From: Paraspadella gotoi
Lineage: Eukaryota > Animalia > Chaetognatha
Length of the DNA stretch: 64,000 nt
Assembly (NCBI GenBank): GCA_051294375.1
Contig: CM119265.1
Location: 15,846,564 to 15,910,563, forward strand
Direction of reading: 5' to 3'
In this document: piece by piece, positions 23,935-34,825 of the stretch
Numbering within the stretch: the first letter of the stretch is position 1
How the letters are laid out: the number at the start of each line of letters is the position of its first letter
Translations under genes and position numbers: made by a program
The notes under the pieces: model-generated
The model's database searches: none
What the model saw: only the letters and a program-made list of their open reading frames with translations
What the model was told of the DNA's origin: nothing

Positions 23935-24375
23935 CTCTTCTTTCTTTCTTTCTTTTTTTTCTTTTTTCTTCTTCATAATTTCTTAATCTCTTTCTTTCTT
24001 TCTTTTTTTTCTTTCTTTCCCTCTTTCTACCTTCTTGGTATATTTCTTTTCTATTGACTCACTCGCTAATCTTCTTTCAATCGCTTTTCAGTTGGTGCTG
24101 AAAAACCGGAGACTTCAACATCCGCTTCTGGCTATCGATCCCGAACTTCGACGGCATCAAGTATCTCAGGTTCCACAAAAAACCATTAAAGAACTTCTTA
24201 ATTTGTTTTCAGTAGATATAAACTTGGCTTAGTTCGTTATAAATCAGGTGTCTCGTCGCCTCGCACCACTCGATCGCGCGCCGGTTCCGGATCCATCGAG
24301 TCTCGCGCAGCCACGCCCACAAACTCCACCACAATGTCCCCAACGCCGCCGAGCCTCGATTCCAGCAGCTCTTGA
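14369..24375 (+). CDS. MACF1: Compact spectraplakin (MACF1/dystonin/Short stop family): partial plakin domain + SH3, charged helix, 2 EF-hands, GAS2/GAR domain; 19 coding exons, ~944 aa
   Basis: Manually spliced exons: 14369-14830, 14919-14975, 15129-15236, 15356-15473, 16133-16305, 17752-17836, 17915-17980, 18905-19019, 19203-19275, 19357-19458, 20425-20552, 20620-20809, 21014-21437, 21630-21763, 21926-22010, 22092-22191, 22358-22566, 24092-24169, 24248-24375. They total 2835 nt (945 codons including TGA) with all phases compatible. Family motifs: [11 protein letters not shown]; [27 protein letters not shown]; [17 protein letters not shown]; [12 protein letters not shown]; [17 protein letters not shown]; [22 protein letters not shown]. 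The symbol is a family-level assignment, not proven orthology. Confidence 0.88.
14919..14975 (+). CDS. Spectraplakin-like exon 2 ([19 protein letters not shown])
   Basis: tttttag acceptor, AAG|gtatg donor, phase 0/0. Confidence 0.75.
15129..15236 (+). CDS. Exon 3, start of plakin spectrin repeat (VGDVFR...[12 protein letters not shown]...ENE)
   Basis: ctctcGAG acceptor, GAG|gtgatg donor; helix-A Trp of a spectrin repeat. Confidence 0.8.
15356..15473 (+). CDS. Exon 4, plakin spectrin repeat ([26 protein letters not shown]...)
   Basis: cctag acceptor; GC donor AAG|gcaagt at 15474. Confidence 0.85.
16133..16305 (+). CDS. Exon 5, plakin domain ([36 protein letters not shown])
   Basis: Poly-T-ag acceptor, GAG|gtggga donor; matches the plakin Y..LL..S..RL..L.SL.DF..A..EL.WLNEKE pattern. 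Confidence 0.88.
17237..17437. repeat. Intronic (GA)n microsatellites with a duplicated unique head
   Basis: aaaaggatggattgaagcggagag followed by (ag)n occurs twice in tandem. Confidence 0.9.
17752..17836 (+). CDS. Exon 6, plakin domain ([10 protein letters not shown]...)
   Basis: Pyrimidine tract plus cAAG acceptor; AAG|gtgacc donor; conserved DWSD motif. Confidence 0.85.
17915..17980 (+). CDS. Exon 7, plakin domain ([22 protein letters not shown])
   Basis: gcag acceptor, G|gtaaga donor, phase 1/1. Confidence 0.85.
18405..18785. repeat. Intronic (CT)n microsatellites with duplicated ttatccgagttggtg
   Basis: Directly visible. Confidence 0.9.
18905..19019 (+). CDS. Exon 8, plakin domain ([32 protein letters not shown])
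   Basis: tctcag acceptor, GG|gtgagt donor; HPA...QWxWLL..C.E.H plakin signature. Confidence 0.9.
19203..19275 (+). CDS. Exon 9 ([24 protein letters not shown])
   Basis: ccacag acceptor, CAA|gtgaga donor. Confidence 0.82.
19357..19458 (+). CDS. Exon 10 ([12 protein letters not shown]...IILRIK)
   Basis: ttgAAG acceptor after a pyrimidine tract; AAA|gtgagt donor. The 5' boundary is less certain because the preceding intron is in frame. Confidence 0.72.
20425..20552 (+). CDS. Exon 11, entry into plakin SH3 ([33 protein letters not shown])
   Basis: ctcgGAG acceptor; GC donor CAG|gcgagt at 20553. Confidence 0.8.
20620..20809 (+). CDS. Exon 12, plakin SH3 and following helix ([14 protein letters not shown]...[13 protein letters not shown]...LKAKWKK)
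   Basis: catcag acceptor, AAG|gtaaag donor; VPSVC..PPN motif of plakin SH3 domains. Confidence 0.9.
21014..21437 (+). CDS. Exon 13, E/R/K-rich helical linker with (LE[RKA]ER)n 15-bp repeats
   Basis: ttccag acceptor, G|gtaata donor. Three single-base deletions inside the ctggagagagaaagg repeat array (~21210-21295) compensate each other. Confidence 0.8.
21630..21763 (+). CDS. Exon 14, EF-hand 1 ([39 protein letters not shown])
   Basis: cattag acceptor; GC donor AAG|gcgcgt at 21764, needed to complete the EF loop with the E of exon 15. Confidence 0.88.
21926..22010 (+). CDS. Exon 15, EF-hand 1/2 ([28 protein letters not shown])
   Basis: cgcag acceptor, G|gtacac donor; resembles the spectraplakin EFIDG...FPT..EM..VADIFD pattern. 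Confidence 0.9.
22092..22191 (+). CDS. Exon 16, EF-hand 2 ([16 protein letters not shown]...TDLNR)
   Basis: tttcag acceptor; GC donor CAG|gcaaga at 22192. Confidence 0.9.
22358..22566 (+). CDS. Exon 17, GAS2/GAR microtubule-binding domain
   Basis: CMCAKQFRV...FAFGD...[25 protein letters not shown]; cccag acceptor, G|gtaagc donor. Confidence 0.93.
24092..24169 (+). CDS. Exon 18, Ser/Arg-rich tail
   Basis: ttttcag acceptor, CAG|gttcca donor, phase 1/1; [26 protein letters not shown]. Confidence 0.65.
24248..24375 (+). CDS. Terminal exon 19, Ser/Thr/Arg-rich tail ending at TGA
   Basis: aatcag acceptor; [16 protein letters not shown]...LDSSSS*. Resembles the GSR-rich spectraplakin tail. Confidence 0.65.
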
Positions 24376-27300
24376 ATCCCATGGTCGAAGCTCATGCTTT
24401 ACCCCCCTTAAGTTGCTTCTATTATCCAAGGACCATTTATCATATATGGCTCTTTAAACGTCATCCCTGGATTTAATTCGTTCGTGAGTTTCATGCGAGA
24501 ATCTATTGCAGTCTGAATGCTTAGAATCGCCCTGAATCTCAACAGGTTCGTCTCTCTTGGCTTCACGAACGTACGTATAAATCTCGGGACTGGCATTTGG
24601 TAAATAATAATGTTTTTTTTAAGTTTTAAGTTTAAGTCAGACTTCGCGAGCGCTTGGAACAATGCCCCGATATTGCCACATTTTTTCTTTGCCATATTAC
24701 GTACATTTTTTCAGGCCTCTGATGATGTAATCCAGTAATCATTTCTAATTCTCCGAGGTTTATTGTGACACGGCATCATATTGAATACATTACATTTGAC
24801 AATTCCCCTAAATTTTTTGTTACTCTGCGCTTAGAACCAAACACCACATTTTGGCAATAAAGCCGGCGATTAACTTTGCCATGGACTTTTTACCGTTTAA
24901 TGTTATGTAAATTGTTTTTAACGGCGTCACTAGTCTATAATCAATTTTATTTGTTTTTATAATTTATATACTCTGTTTCACTTGATTAGTTCCATCAAGA
25001 TTATAACCTCGTATGTTACTCCCTACCTCCCAAATTTACTCACCGCTGTCTTTGTCGTCATCCTAAAACTGCATTGAGAAATACATAATTGCTAAATTAC
25101 GACTGTTTTATAATGAATTGTTGTTTACAATTTCACGTTCTGTTTTACAAATTCACTTAAAGATGTAGAACATAGAATTTAGCTTAAAACTATGTTGTCT
25201 TACGTTTTTTGGTCTTTGTCTCTTTTTTATTTTCATCCGAAAACTTTTTTTGGTCAAATTTCCCTTTTTTTAAATTAGTACATACATATATTTTCGTTAT
25301 TTCTAGAATTAGGTTAGCTAATAATTGGTAAGATGACGACGCATGATTCACCCGATTTTTATTTCATTACTAAACTTTTGAGAATATTACTGTATGAATT
25401 TTTTTTCCATCGCAAGTGATTCTAAACAACGAATAAAATAATGATTTGCTATAAGTTGCGTGTAATTTTTTAAGACAAGCGTTAAATTGAGCGGTTTGAG
25501 GAAAACCAATACCTATTTCCAGATATGTATTTTTTTTTCTTTTTGCACAGTGCATGCGTTTTAAAGGTCGACTGATGACGATGCGTGACTGTCGACGTGA
25601 AATAATATCGGTTCTGTGGCCTAGAAACGAACCTTAAGAATTTCATTAATTCACTTCTACCTCTTTTTGCTGAGTTCAAAAGTTCAGTGTCAGACACAAG
25701 TTTTAAAAACAGATTTTATTAGGAATATAAATTTTAACCTTTATGTTTATTGGTAATTTTTTCATTTTGATTTTATTTTTTTTCCACATTAACTGTGTGC
25801 TGAAAACGTTTCGTAAGTTGTTCTCTTGTTTTTCCAGAATACAAAATACTATTCAATAGTGACACCTCTGGTTCTGGTTTTAAAATCAAACTTTTAGTTT
25901 TACTGTAAAGAAACTACTAATTATAAAAGTAATTAATAATTCATATTTGTATCATGTAGCGACGTAAAAAGTTTATTGAGCGTTCGTAACTTGTACTGTC
26001 AAAGACAGAAAGAGAGAGGGAGAGAGAGAGTGAAAATGTCACGCCCAAGATTGTAATTTTGTTCCCTTATATTTAGAATAAAATTGGTAAGACCAATATA
26101 AATTTTTTGAAATTATGAAACTGTTAGAAAGCTTTTAAGAAAATTTTAGAATTAATTTGCTGAACCTTAATTTTACTTTTACAATTGCCCTCCATTTTTT
26201 TTTTCAATAATCTGCTCATTCTTTATCATACGGTTTTAAAAAGTCGCTCCATTCCTCGATCCCTTTCATTTCTCACTCTTTTACCATGAAAACCGAGAAA
26301 AAAGAATAACTTTTGCCCCGCGAAATGAAAAATTAATAAACACGAGAATGAAAGGATTTTTTTTTCCCGATCCGCCATTCATCTCCGAGAAATCGCCCGA
26401 CGGCACATCCGTTGGTGGCATCGCCACCGCGGCCCCGCCCCGTCGTCGTCCAATGCCTCCGCTAACACCCCATGTCGTCCCACATCACCGCAAATCATTC
26501 TTTACTCAAACCTATTCCGTTTTTCACCCTGAAAGAACCTTATACAAACTGGACGGTTTTTTTTTATTATTAGCAAACAAGAAATTGTAAAGGTGGCGAA
26601 AAAAGCTAATTACTTGCCATTGGCATGCGACAACATTGTCATTAGCATCCGTCAACGAACTCCGGTCATTGAGCTTTTCCATCGAGAAGGTAAGGTCTCT
26701 GAATCACAATCACGGACCTTTTGCCGTTGGCTGTTTAAAAATAGGTCAATGAGTGACGGTGGATCTTGGAAAGACAAACGGCAAAGGATGGAGCGAGAAA
26801 GGCAATAACGACGCCATCGATCGTAACAACGACGACCAACTCGAAATCCGCCGTCCGGGCTTAACTAAATATTGCAGACCTTGCCGCCATCTTTCCTCCC
26901 TCGTTTTTCTCTCGGCCGCGAGACTCCGCGGTCAGCCATCGTTGGCCTATGACCCGTCGGAGGCCGGCGATCACAGGGATCTGTTTGGACTGAGGCTTCC
27001 AACTCTGGCTAGCGGCGTTATACTATATCCATCTCGGACGGATTATAGTTATTGATAAAAGAAAAAAAAAATGTCGAGTCGGATGAATGAGAGAAATTAT
27101 TATGGACGAAAAAGGTTTACAGTGTATTAATTACGCTTCACTTGTTTTTGACAGGAACACTACATTGAAACTCGCTTCAACTCTTTCATAAATTTCGCTA
27201 CAGTTCTCTCAACTTAATAAATTCTCTCTTAAACGACGTCCTAATGGCCAACGTTTCTCATTTGTTTAGGATTCATCAAAACAATGTTCAGTGGCCAGAG

Positions 27301-29949
27301 CCTTCTCTTTACTGTTTTTAGACTTTAGTATAAATTAAAATTAGTAACGTGCTGATCTATACTATTTTATACTATACTATATACTATATTATATCAATAT
27401 ATAGTTATATCAGTAATTGCGTCGTTGAATTTCGTCCTCTAGTCCTAGATATCCGGTCAACCTTTGCCTTGCCATTCTACTGCGCCGCTGGTGGGCGTTT
27501 GACTTTTAGAATGAGACAATTTACTGGTTGGTTGGTCGTTTCGTTATTTCGTTCCTTCGTTTATTCATCATTATCCTCACGGGACATCCGAGGAAGGAAT
27601 GAGTGGAAGGGAGGAAATTAAGAGAGGTTTGAGGAGAAAGAAAAGGAAAGAAAAATAAAAATAAACAACTAGAGGTAAAATGAAAGAAAAAAGGAAAAAA
27701 GACAGAAAAAATGACAAAGAGAAACAAACAAACAAAAAACAAATAAAATAAAGAAACAGAATACAGAAAGATATCGCTTTTTATTTCGCGTCTTCAAACG
27801 AACACAAAAACTTGTTTTTTTTTCGCTTAATTTGCCAAAATCAAAAATTCTGGTCACGATGATGCTTTTAGCGGAGCTTCTTTGAATACTAGCAATTTCT
27901 CAATTTTATTATCTCATAACCGTCCCCCTTTTTCTACCCACTGCGCCGTATTTCTTCCATTCTATTCTTCTTCCGTCTCTTTTTTTTCTACAATTTTTTT
28001 TTTTACATTCCTCTTCGTTGTGTTTTCGTCGCGAGGGACAAATACGAAACCTGAGAGACGGATACAAAATACAGATATACGGATAAAGTTACAGACAGGG
28101 AATTGCAAAAAAAAAAAGATTTCAAGAATTCAATTCTAAATTTGAGCAAGGAATTTGTTTTCTTTCTTGAAGAAGATGAAGATTGACCGGTGTTAAACCA
28201 AACAGCTGAGCCGTTATTCAGCGGAAGATGTAAGTAGAAGACGATGGTTTTACTTTTACTCATGGCCTTTCTTTACGACGGTCCCCATCATTTCTGTCCG
28301 CAATAAACCTTTATTATCCTAAAATAAGCAAAGGATTGGAGGCTTTCGGACCCTCGCTGCGACACCGGATCTGCAGGGTCTCGTCGGCGGTCACTGGCTC
28401 CCAAAAAGGTGCAATCTAATCAGTGCCGAAACATGCAAAAATCAATTTAAATCGAAATGAAAGAGTGCGAACAGAATTCGTGCAAACAGGTTATTGAAGT
28501 AAAAGGGTGCAAAAATTTCAGGATCGTCCAGTTCAAAGTATCTTTGTCTGTTCCCTGTACTCTGCTCTATCATTGCCAACAAGCATATAAGAAGCGCGTC
28601 CGGTCGCCGCCGCCCTCAGGCGCAAATCGAAAAAAAAACCAAATCGGCGGACATCGAAGATCCATTCCAAAATTTAGGTAAACCCATTCGAATGTTTATT
28701 TTCAATGTAAACACCGTCTTATTTAGGTTCTATAAATATTCGAATTAATTATAATTGAACTAAATAATAATATTATTCATAATTTCTAATTTGTCAGATA
28801 GAACCATTAATCTAAAGGGTTGGTTGACCTTTCGATCACGATTTACATTTTCCAATAATAAATTCTAGTTACAATATCTACTAGTTAAATTAATAATCAA
28901 AAATCGTAATTAGTTAAGAACACTTTAGCTAGCAATTGTATTCTCCAGGCAATCGAAATAAAACGAAGTGAGGCGACTTCCGGATCGATCTCTCCTTCTC
29001 TCTCTCTCACTCTTTCTCGTCTTCTCTCTCATCTCTCAGCCTACACGAGTCTGGTTATACCTTTCATATCCCTTTGTGCTAAGAGTGCCTGTAAGTAAAA
29101 ATGATTATAAATATTCGCGTCATACGGCTGAAGCATAGTGAAGCATTAGTGGAGATCCTTGATTCTATTGATTATTAGAAGACAAGAAAATGAACAACGT
29201 CAGCGTCGCGAATTCTTTTAAAAATTTCCCAATCGCCCGCTAAGATAATTGTTTACTGCTCCCCTTCAACGTTCAAATCGAAAGTAATTTTTTTAGACAT
29301 ATATTTATCTTGTACAATGCTAAACCCAATTTCTCTTCTTCTCCGCCGGTATATGAAATAAATCAATCATACGACGTTTGTACACATTTAGCCAATTCGA
29401 TTCACAATTACGCTTTTTCTGATTTCATATAAACGGATTCATTCATTGTTGCATTCACATTTTTATCTCGACCACTTCAATTCTCTAATTATATACATCA
29501 CTCAATGTTTCACTACAGCAGATATTTGATTAATTAGGTATTTACTTATTAAATTAATAATACTAGTTTTAGCTTGTTCCTTTGTTAACATGAGAAGCCG
29601 CGACTATATTTTTCTGTAATATTCTTGGGTATATATTCATCCGCAAAGTAAGTCGCTGGTAAAAACACAAAAAATGTTAATTGATCGTTTCATTACGGGC
29701 GGACCAAAGCATTTAGTTATAATGCTTTCTCAGTCCGATTCGAGTTAGCATTATTAATCCCATTAATTTTAATAATCGACATTGGCCTAGCCCAGTTCCT
29801 TGATAAATGAGAACAAATAATCTTTACCAAATGCTGCGCAGTAATATTTCAGTATGTAATCAAATAATATTTTTGTACTTTATTAGCATCCGTTCGCGTT
29901 CCACTTCTTACTCCAAAAACCTTTCCATCGCGGTTGGTTTCCGACGGTT

Positions 29950-30700
29950 ACACCCTGATGCGTCATCTCTTCGCGCCGCTAACGAGATGCACGGACTCAT
30001 GTTTATAGGAGAGTCTCGCACATTATCTCAAAATGGTCGCGACCTACTTTTCGGTTAGAGTCCGACGGGTTCTTTCATACTTAACCATTCTTCAAAAATC
30101 CGAATCAGTCGACTTGATTTGATCTTAATCGTCCGGAAGTAACGGTTGATGTTACTGGGACATAAGTACTTTGTTGCTACTTGTACTTACCCAGGTTTTC
30201 TTAAATAGTTCGACTCGATCCTTTCCGTTCAAGATCACTCATTTACCATCGATTCCGAATGACGCCGCAAATCCCAAAATTCCATGAGATTCAAATATCT
30301 AAAAGGTCATGGAGGACACATTTCAGCCGAAGCTAGATTTTATCCGCGTATTTAAGACAAGAAGATTCTCTACTGTCCAAGTAAAAGAATATACTATTAG
30401 ATACCCTTCTCAAGTTTGCCTATCGGAACCTCCAGGCCAAATCCGCAAGAAGTATTTGTCTCCCGGTCAAACCGGCATTTTAGTCGATGGGTTTCTCCTT
30501 CACCCCGTCGTTTTATGTTGTAACTCACACAAATATGACAAGTTTTCTGATTTCGTCCGTAAATTCGTCGTCGCATTTCCAGGCGTAAAGCTAGCATTGT
30601 CGATATAATTTTAAAAAACGGTCATAAGTAGTTACCAATGTCATAATCGATGGTGTACCTTTCCTCGGCCATTTTCGATTCAGCTGCTTAAGTATCTCTA
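29950..30700 (-). mobile_element. Decayed Ty3/Gypsy-like retroelement integrase remnant
   Basis: Frame-broken minus-strand translation gives fragments in integrase order: KVHHRL*H / TYDRFLKLY / EMRRRI..KTCHICVSYN (H2C2 zinc-finger-like), then YLCPSNINRYFRTIK (like YHPQSNG..ER.NRTIK) and NMSPCISLAAR (like SP..L..GR). There are many stops and frameshifts; no RT or LTRs were recognised. Confidence 0.45.
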
Positions 30701-31185
30701 TACTTAGTATTGGATTTTATCTACATTTCCGGCTTTATCCTTTACAAATTTAATCAAAAATCAAATGCCTGATATTTATTTTAAAAAGTCAGACAATATG
30801 GTCGTAAAATCGATTCTCGTGCGACCTAAGTTGTAGGCGTCGACTCTTCCATTGGCCGAAGATTTCGTTCGTCCAGTGATCCAAGATTTCCACTTTTTTA
30901 TCTCCTGTCAAGTCGTTTTGAATATTTGAGCAATCTTGTTCGCTCCCCTATTTGCCGAAAGCTTCCGCGCAATTCCTTATATTCCGAAATCGTTTTCTTT
31001 TATTTCACGAGTTTCGGTTTAAGTTTGCTAATAATTCATCGGTCAGATTGTTTACTTTTATAGCATACATTTTTCTTTCGAATTATTTAGTTGAGATATA
31101 CAATTACAGCAGCAGGAGCCAATGCCTCCCGATCTACCAATTACTCACAATGTACAATTAAATTACAACTAAACAATTACAATTA

Positions 31186-31380
31186 AACCTCTGCGCAGAA
31201 ACCTTTACCTTTGAAGTATACCTCTCGCCAACAACCTTCGACCTTTAGCAATACCCTCTCGCAACAACCTCTTACTTGACCATTTGATACCTCTCGCCAA
31301 CCTTGACCTTTGAAATACCTCTCCGCACACAACCTTTGATACCCTTTGGATACCTCCTCGCAACCTTCATTGCCACCTCT
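31186..31380. repeat. Diverged ~31-bp minisatellite, about 6 units
   Basis: Approximate consensus acctctcgccaacaaccttgacctttgaaat; units start at ~31187, 31219, 31253, 31288, 31317 and 31352. Confidence 0.75.
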
Positions 31381-34300
31381 TGTGAGCACTCTAGCCACCC
31401 ATCCCTGCCAGGCCGGATGTCGTTTGCTTCTGAGTTTCAACCCCTGAGGGTGCAGCCGGATTCCAGCTTTCAGATACCAGGGCCCAAAAGATTCTAAAGG
31501 GAGATTTCTGACTATCTGTAATTTATTTTAGATATTTTACGAATATTTTTTACCAGGCGCCCTCCTTTTCCCCTTTCCAAAAAATAAATTCAATTTCCAC
31601 TTCGTTCTCCTCAGAGAAAGGTTCTTTGGTAGGGATTACCTCATCAACCTATGAAAATTCTAATAACAATATTCGCAAAAAATTATTTTAGCCTCTGACA
31701 TTTTTTGAATTTTTTGTCGCATCTGGTTTCTTTCTTAAACTTCTTGGATAATGCATCGGCGGCATGTAAGTCGACTCGGTAAATGAAACGAACAATAAAT
31801 GTTATACGCTATACTAAGACAACTCTCAAAGTCGACAAAAACATGAGTTTTACCAGAAATTTATAATTTCGGTTTTCGCGTCGGTCTGTTCCAGCTACTA
31901 TATTTACCTTCCCTTGGAGAACGGAATAAGGTAACCCCTTTACCTTTTATTTTAATATATGTTTTTTCATAATCATACTGTCATTTTGAGAATGCCTCTT
32001 CACATCACTAGCGCTATTAAAATTCGGACATTCATTTAACATCACATGCCGCAAAAACAGAAAAAAATCGATTATCAAAAATCTCTCAATTAAATGTCAT
32101 CCATTCAATCACAGCAATCACTCATTCGCTCTAACAATAAATAAAATAAACATAAAGAGAAAGTGGGTGCTATCCGGAAGCCGGCTGAGCTGCGGAGCTC
32201 TCTCGATGGAAGGAAGAGTAAGAGTATTAGCGATCAGGAGAAGCCAAAATCCTCGCTGGCGGCGGCGGCGGCCCGAGGGACCTGCTAGCCAATCACTAGA
32301 ATCGCAATTCGATTAAGCCCTCATAGACCGGTTGAAATTCCCATTTCCAAGAAAGTCATGCTGCTCGCGTCGCTCCACGCCCTCACAGACGCCCCAATTT
32401 CCTGATTGATCGAAGCCTCGACTTTGTAATTTTGCGTCTCCTGATTGAAACACCGCGCTGCGTCGCGAATCCAGAATTGCGACGCTGGCGTCGTCGTCAA
32501 ATTGATCCGAGACGCGCAGCCTGCTGTCAGCGGACGCAGCATTAGAGTGCCTGTGTCTGTTGTTGCTGCCATCGCTGAAACTGCTGTTGCTCGCATTCGG
32601 AAACTGCTGTTGCTGCCGGTCAGTGCGATATGGGAACATTCGTTACTGTCACGAGAAGTCTACCGAACGGCATCCGTTCTCCTATTCGTTGAATGAACAC
32701 GGCGGCCTGGGAGGCGGAACGATGCGATAAATCCTATAGGCCAATTTCCAAAGTTCGGCACGCCTGGGGGAAGCGCGCCGGAACGTCCACAAAATGTCAT
32801 ATCTCCCGCCGAGGCATCTCTAATATTATTTTCAATGAGTTCGCGGACGCGTGCCTCTTTTCGCCGATCGCGCGGTCGGCCTTATTTTGTACTTGAAAAT
32901 GTAATTTTAGGCAGCCATTCGAATGAAAATGTGTGATTTTTCTGAGAGAGCCGCATCAACTTTCCTGGCCAAAACAGTCAATGGACTGCGCAGGCGCAAG
33001 TTTTTGTGTCAGGCCACGAAACCAAGTTCATCGCCCGACGAAGACATATTCGTTTGTTTGTTTTAAAATTTGTTAGTGATTTTACAGTCGTCGTAGAGAG
33101 AGAGGAGCAATAGCAATCCGTAACGAATTCGGAAATCTGTAACCGCGTCCGGTTCTTGGTGTTCCTTTGTTTGTAATGTCCTGCATGAAAATAGTATAAA
33201 TTCTTATTGCCACATAATTTTTCCATTTCTTTCGGTACCCACTTTCCCCTCCGCCCCAAAGGATAGGAAAAATTCTGCTTCAAACTTCGTTTATATTGAT
33301 TCGACCCCAAATTCCAATTGCTTTTGTACAACCCTCGGTGCTTACTATTTTTGCTTACCCATAATTACATTGGTTCGTTGTCAACCGTGCAAAATAAAAC
33401 GAAAAAATTCAGCTCCGAAAAATTAATTTAAATAGGAACCGGAGCAAAAATACAAATAATTAACCCCAAAACGGTCGAAATTGTTAAACCATAGATCCTC
33501 ATTATCCTAATTATTTTTTTTTATGTCCAGTAAAAATCCCGAAAACTTTAGCTTATCCATTAAAAATTTCGTTGAATCGCTTGACCATTGACACCGTCAA
33601 GAAATATAATCTTTTACAAGTCGGAGACGTTATCTCGCTGCTAGGAATTAAAGGAAAAAAATAAACTCCGAAAATACGTTTGTTCCGCGGATGACTGGAC
33701 GTTCGATTGCAGACGTGTAGAAATAAAAATAATTCGTGTCTTACCCAGTTACTCGTATCAACTATCTGTAAAAAGAAAGTCGTGATCTATTTATGTCTAG
33801 GTTAATGTTTGGTTTTCGGAGTAAGAAATATCCCCAAAATTCATCGTTATTCTACAATAAATCATGTCGCTATGTCAGAGAGGGCCAAAACAAAAAAATA
33901 TACTAAACGTTTTAAGAAAAAATTTTCTTTCAGCTTACCAATGCATTTCGTTTCATTGCGGGAAAAAGAAAAAAATTCTTATATTACCCCCTTATCAACT
34001 CGCCGACAAAAACCAAATTAATCCGTACGGCACAGATTAATCTTTCGATGCCTGTCCCGCTTAAGCGAACAACGCTGTCCACCATGTTGGTAAACGTGGT
34101 CTGTGGCCCTCAAAAGATGACGGATAGAGAGCTGAACTATGCATAGTCTGTCTAATTAGTTTTTGAAGTTACCTGAAATAATTGTAGATTGCCAAGTTGT
34201 AAAACTGTAATTTAAACCATGGATAAAATATTGCGTCTTAATCCCTTGAAATCTATAAAAATGAATTGTACTAAAATCTCTGGCCCTCCCTCTCGCTCCT

Positions 34301-34825
34301 CTTCCTTTGTTTATTCTATTTAGACAAATGTTTTACAAAATAGGCGCTGAGTTCCTGGGATTCTAGTAAATATTAAACTTTTGGGAACTGAGGAAAATTT
34401 AGAGAAGACAAAATATTGAACGAAACAAAAGGTTTAATTATCTACAATTGGAGGGCTAATTAATAATATTTACTAACCACTTTCTTTCTTCTTCTTTCTT
34501 TCTTTCTTTCCTCCTTTCTCTCTCTCTCTCTCCTCCNNNNNNNNNNNNNNNNNNNNNNNNNACATCCCCTTGTGTCGTCTCATTCTGAATATCTCTGCTT
34601 CGTCCTCTCTCGTCTCGCTCTTCTCTCTTCATCTTTCGTATCCTTTTTTCTTTCTTTCTTTCTTGATTTTCTTTTCTTCTTTCTTTCTTCTTTCTTTCTT
34701 TTCTTTCTCTCGTCTCTTCGTATTCTTTCTTCTCTCTGTTCTCTCTCTCTCATCCTTCGCTCTTCCTCTCTCTCTCTCTCATCCTCTCTCTTCCTCTCTC
34801 TTCCCTCGCTCTCTCTCTCTCTCTC

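Noticed and set aside
25567-25615. Second CTGATGA...GAAA hammerhead-like match
   Set aside because: Stem II does not close next to GAAA and stem III is neither paired nor palindromic.
26340-28700. GC-rich exon-like islands downstream of the spectraplakin gene
   Set aside because: Could not be assembled into a consistent frame on either strand or assigned to a family; left uncalled.
31186-31380. CRISPR-like appearance of ~31-bp repeats
   Set aside because: Units are contiguous and degenerate with no unique spacers, there are no cas genes, and the context is eukaryotic.
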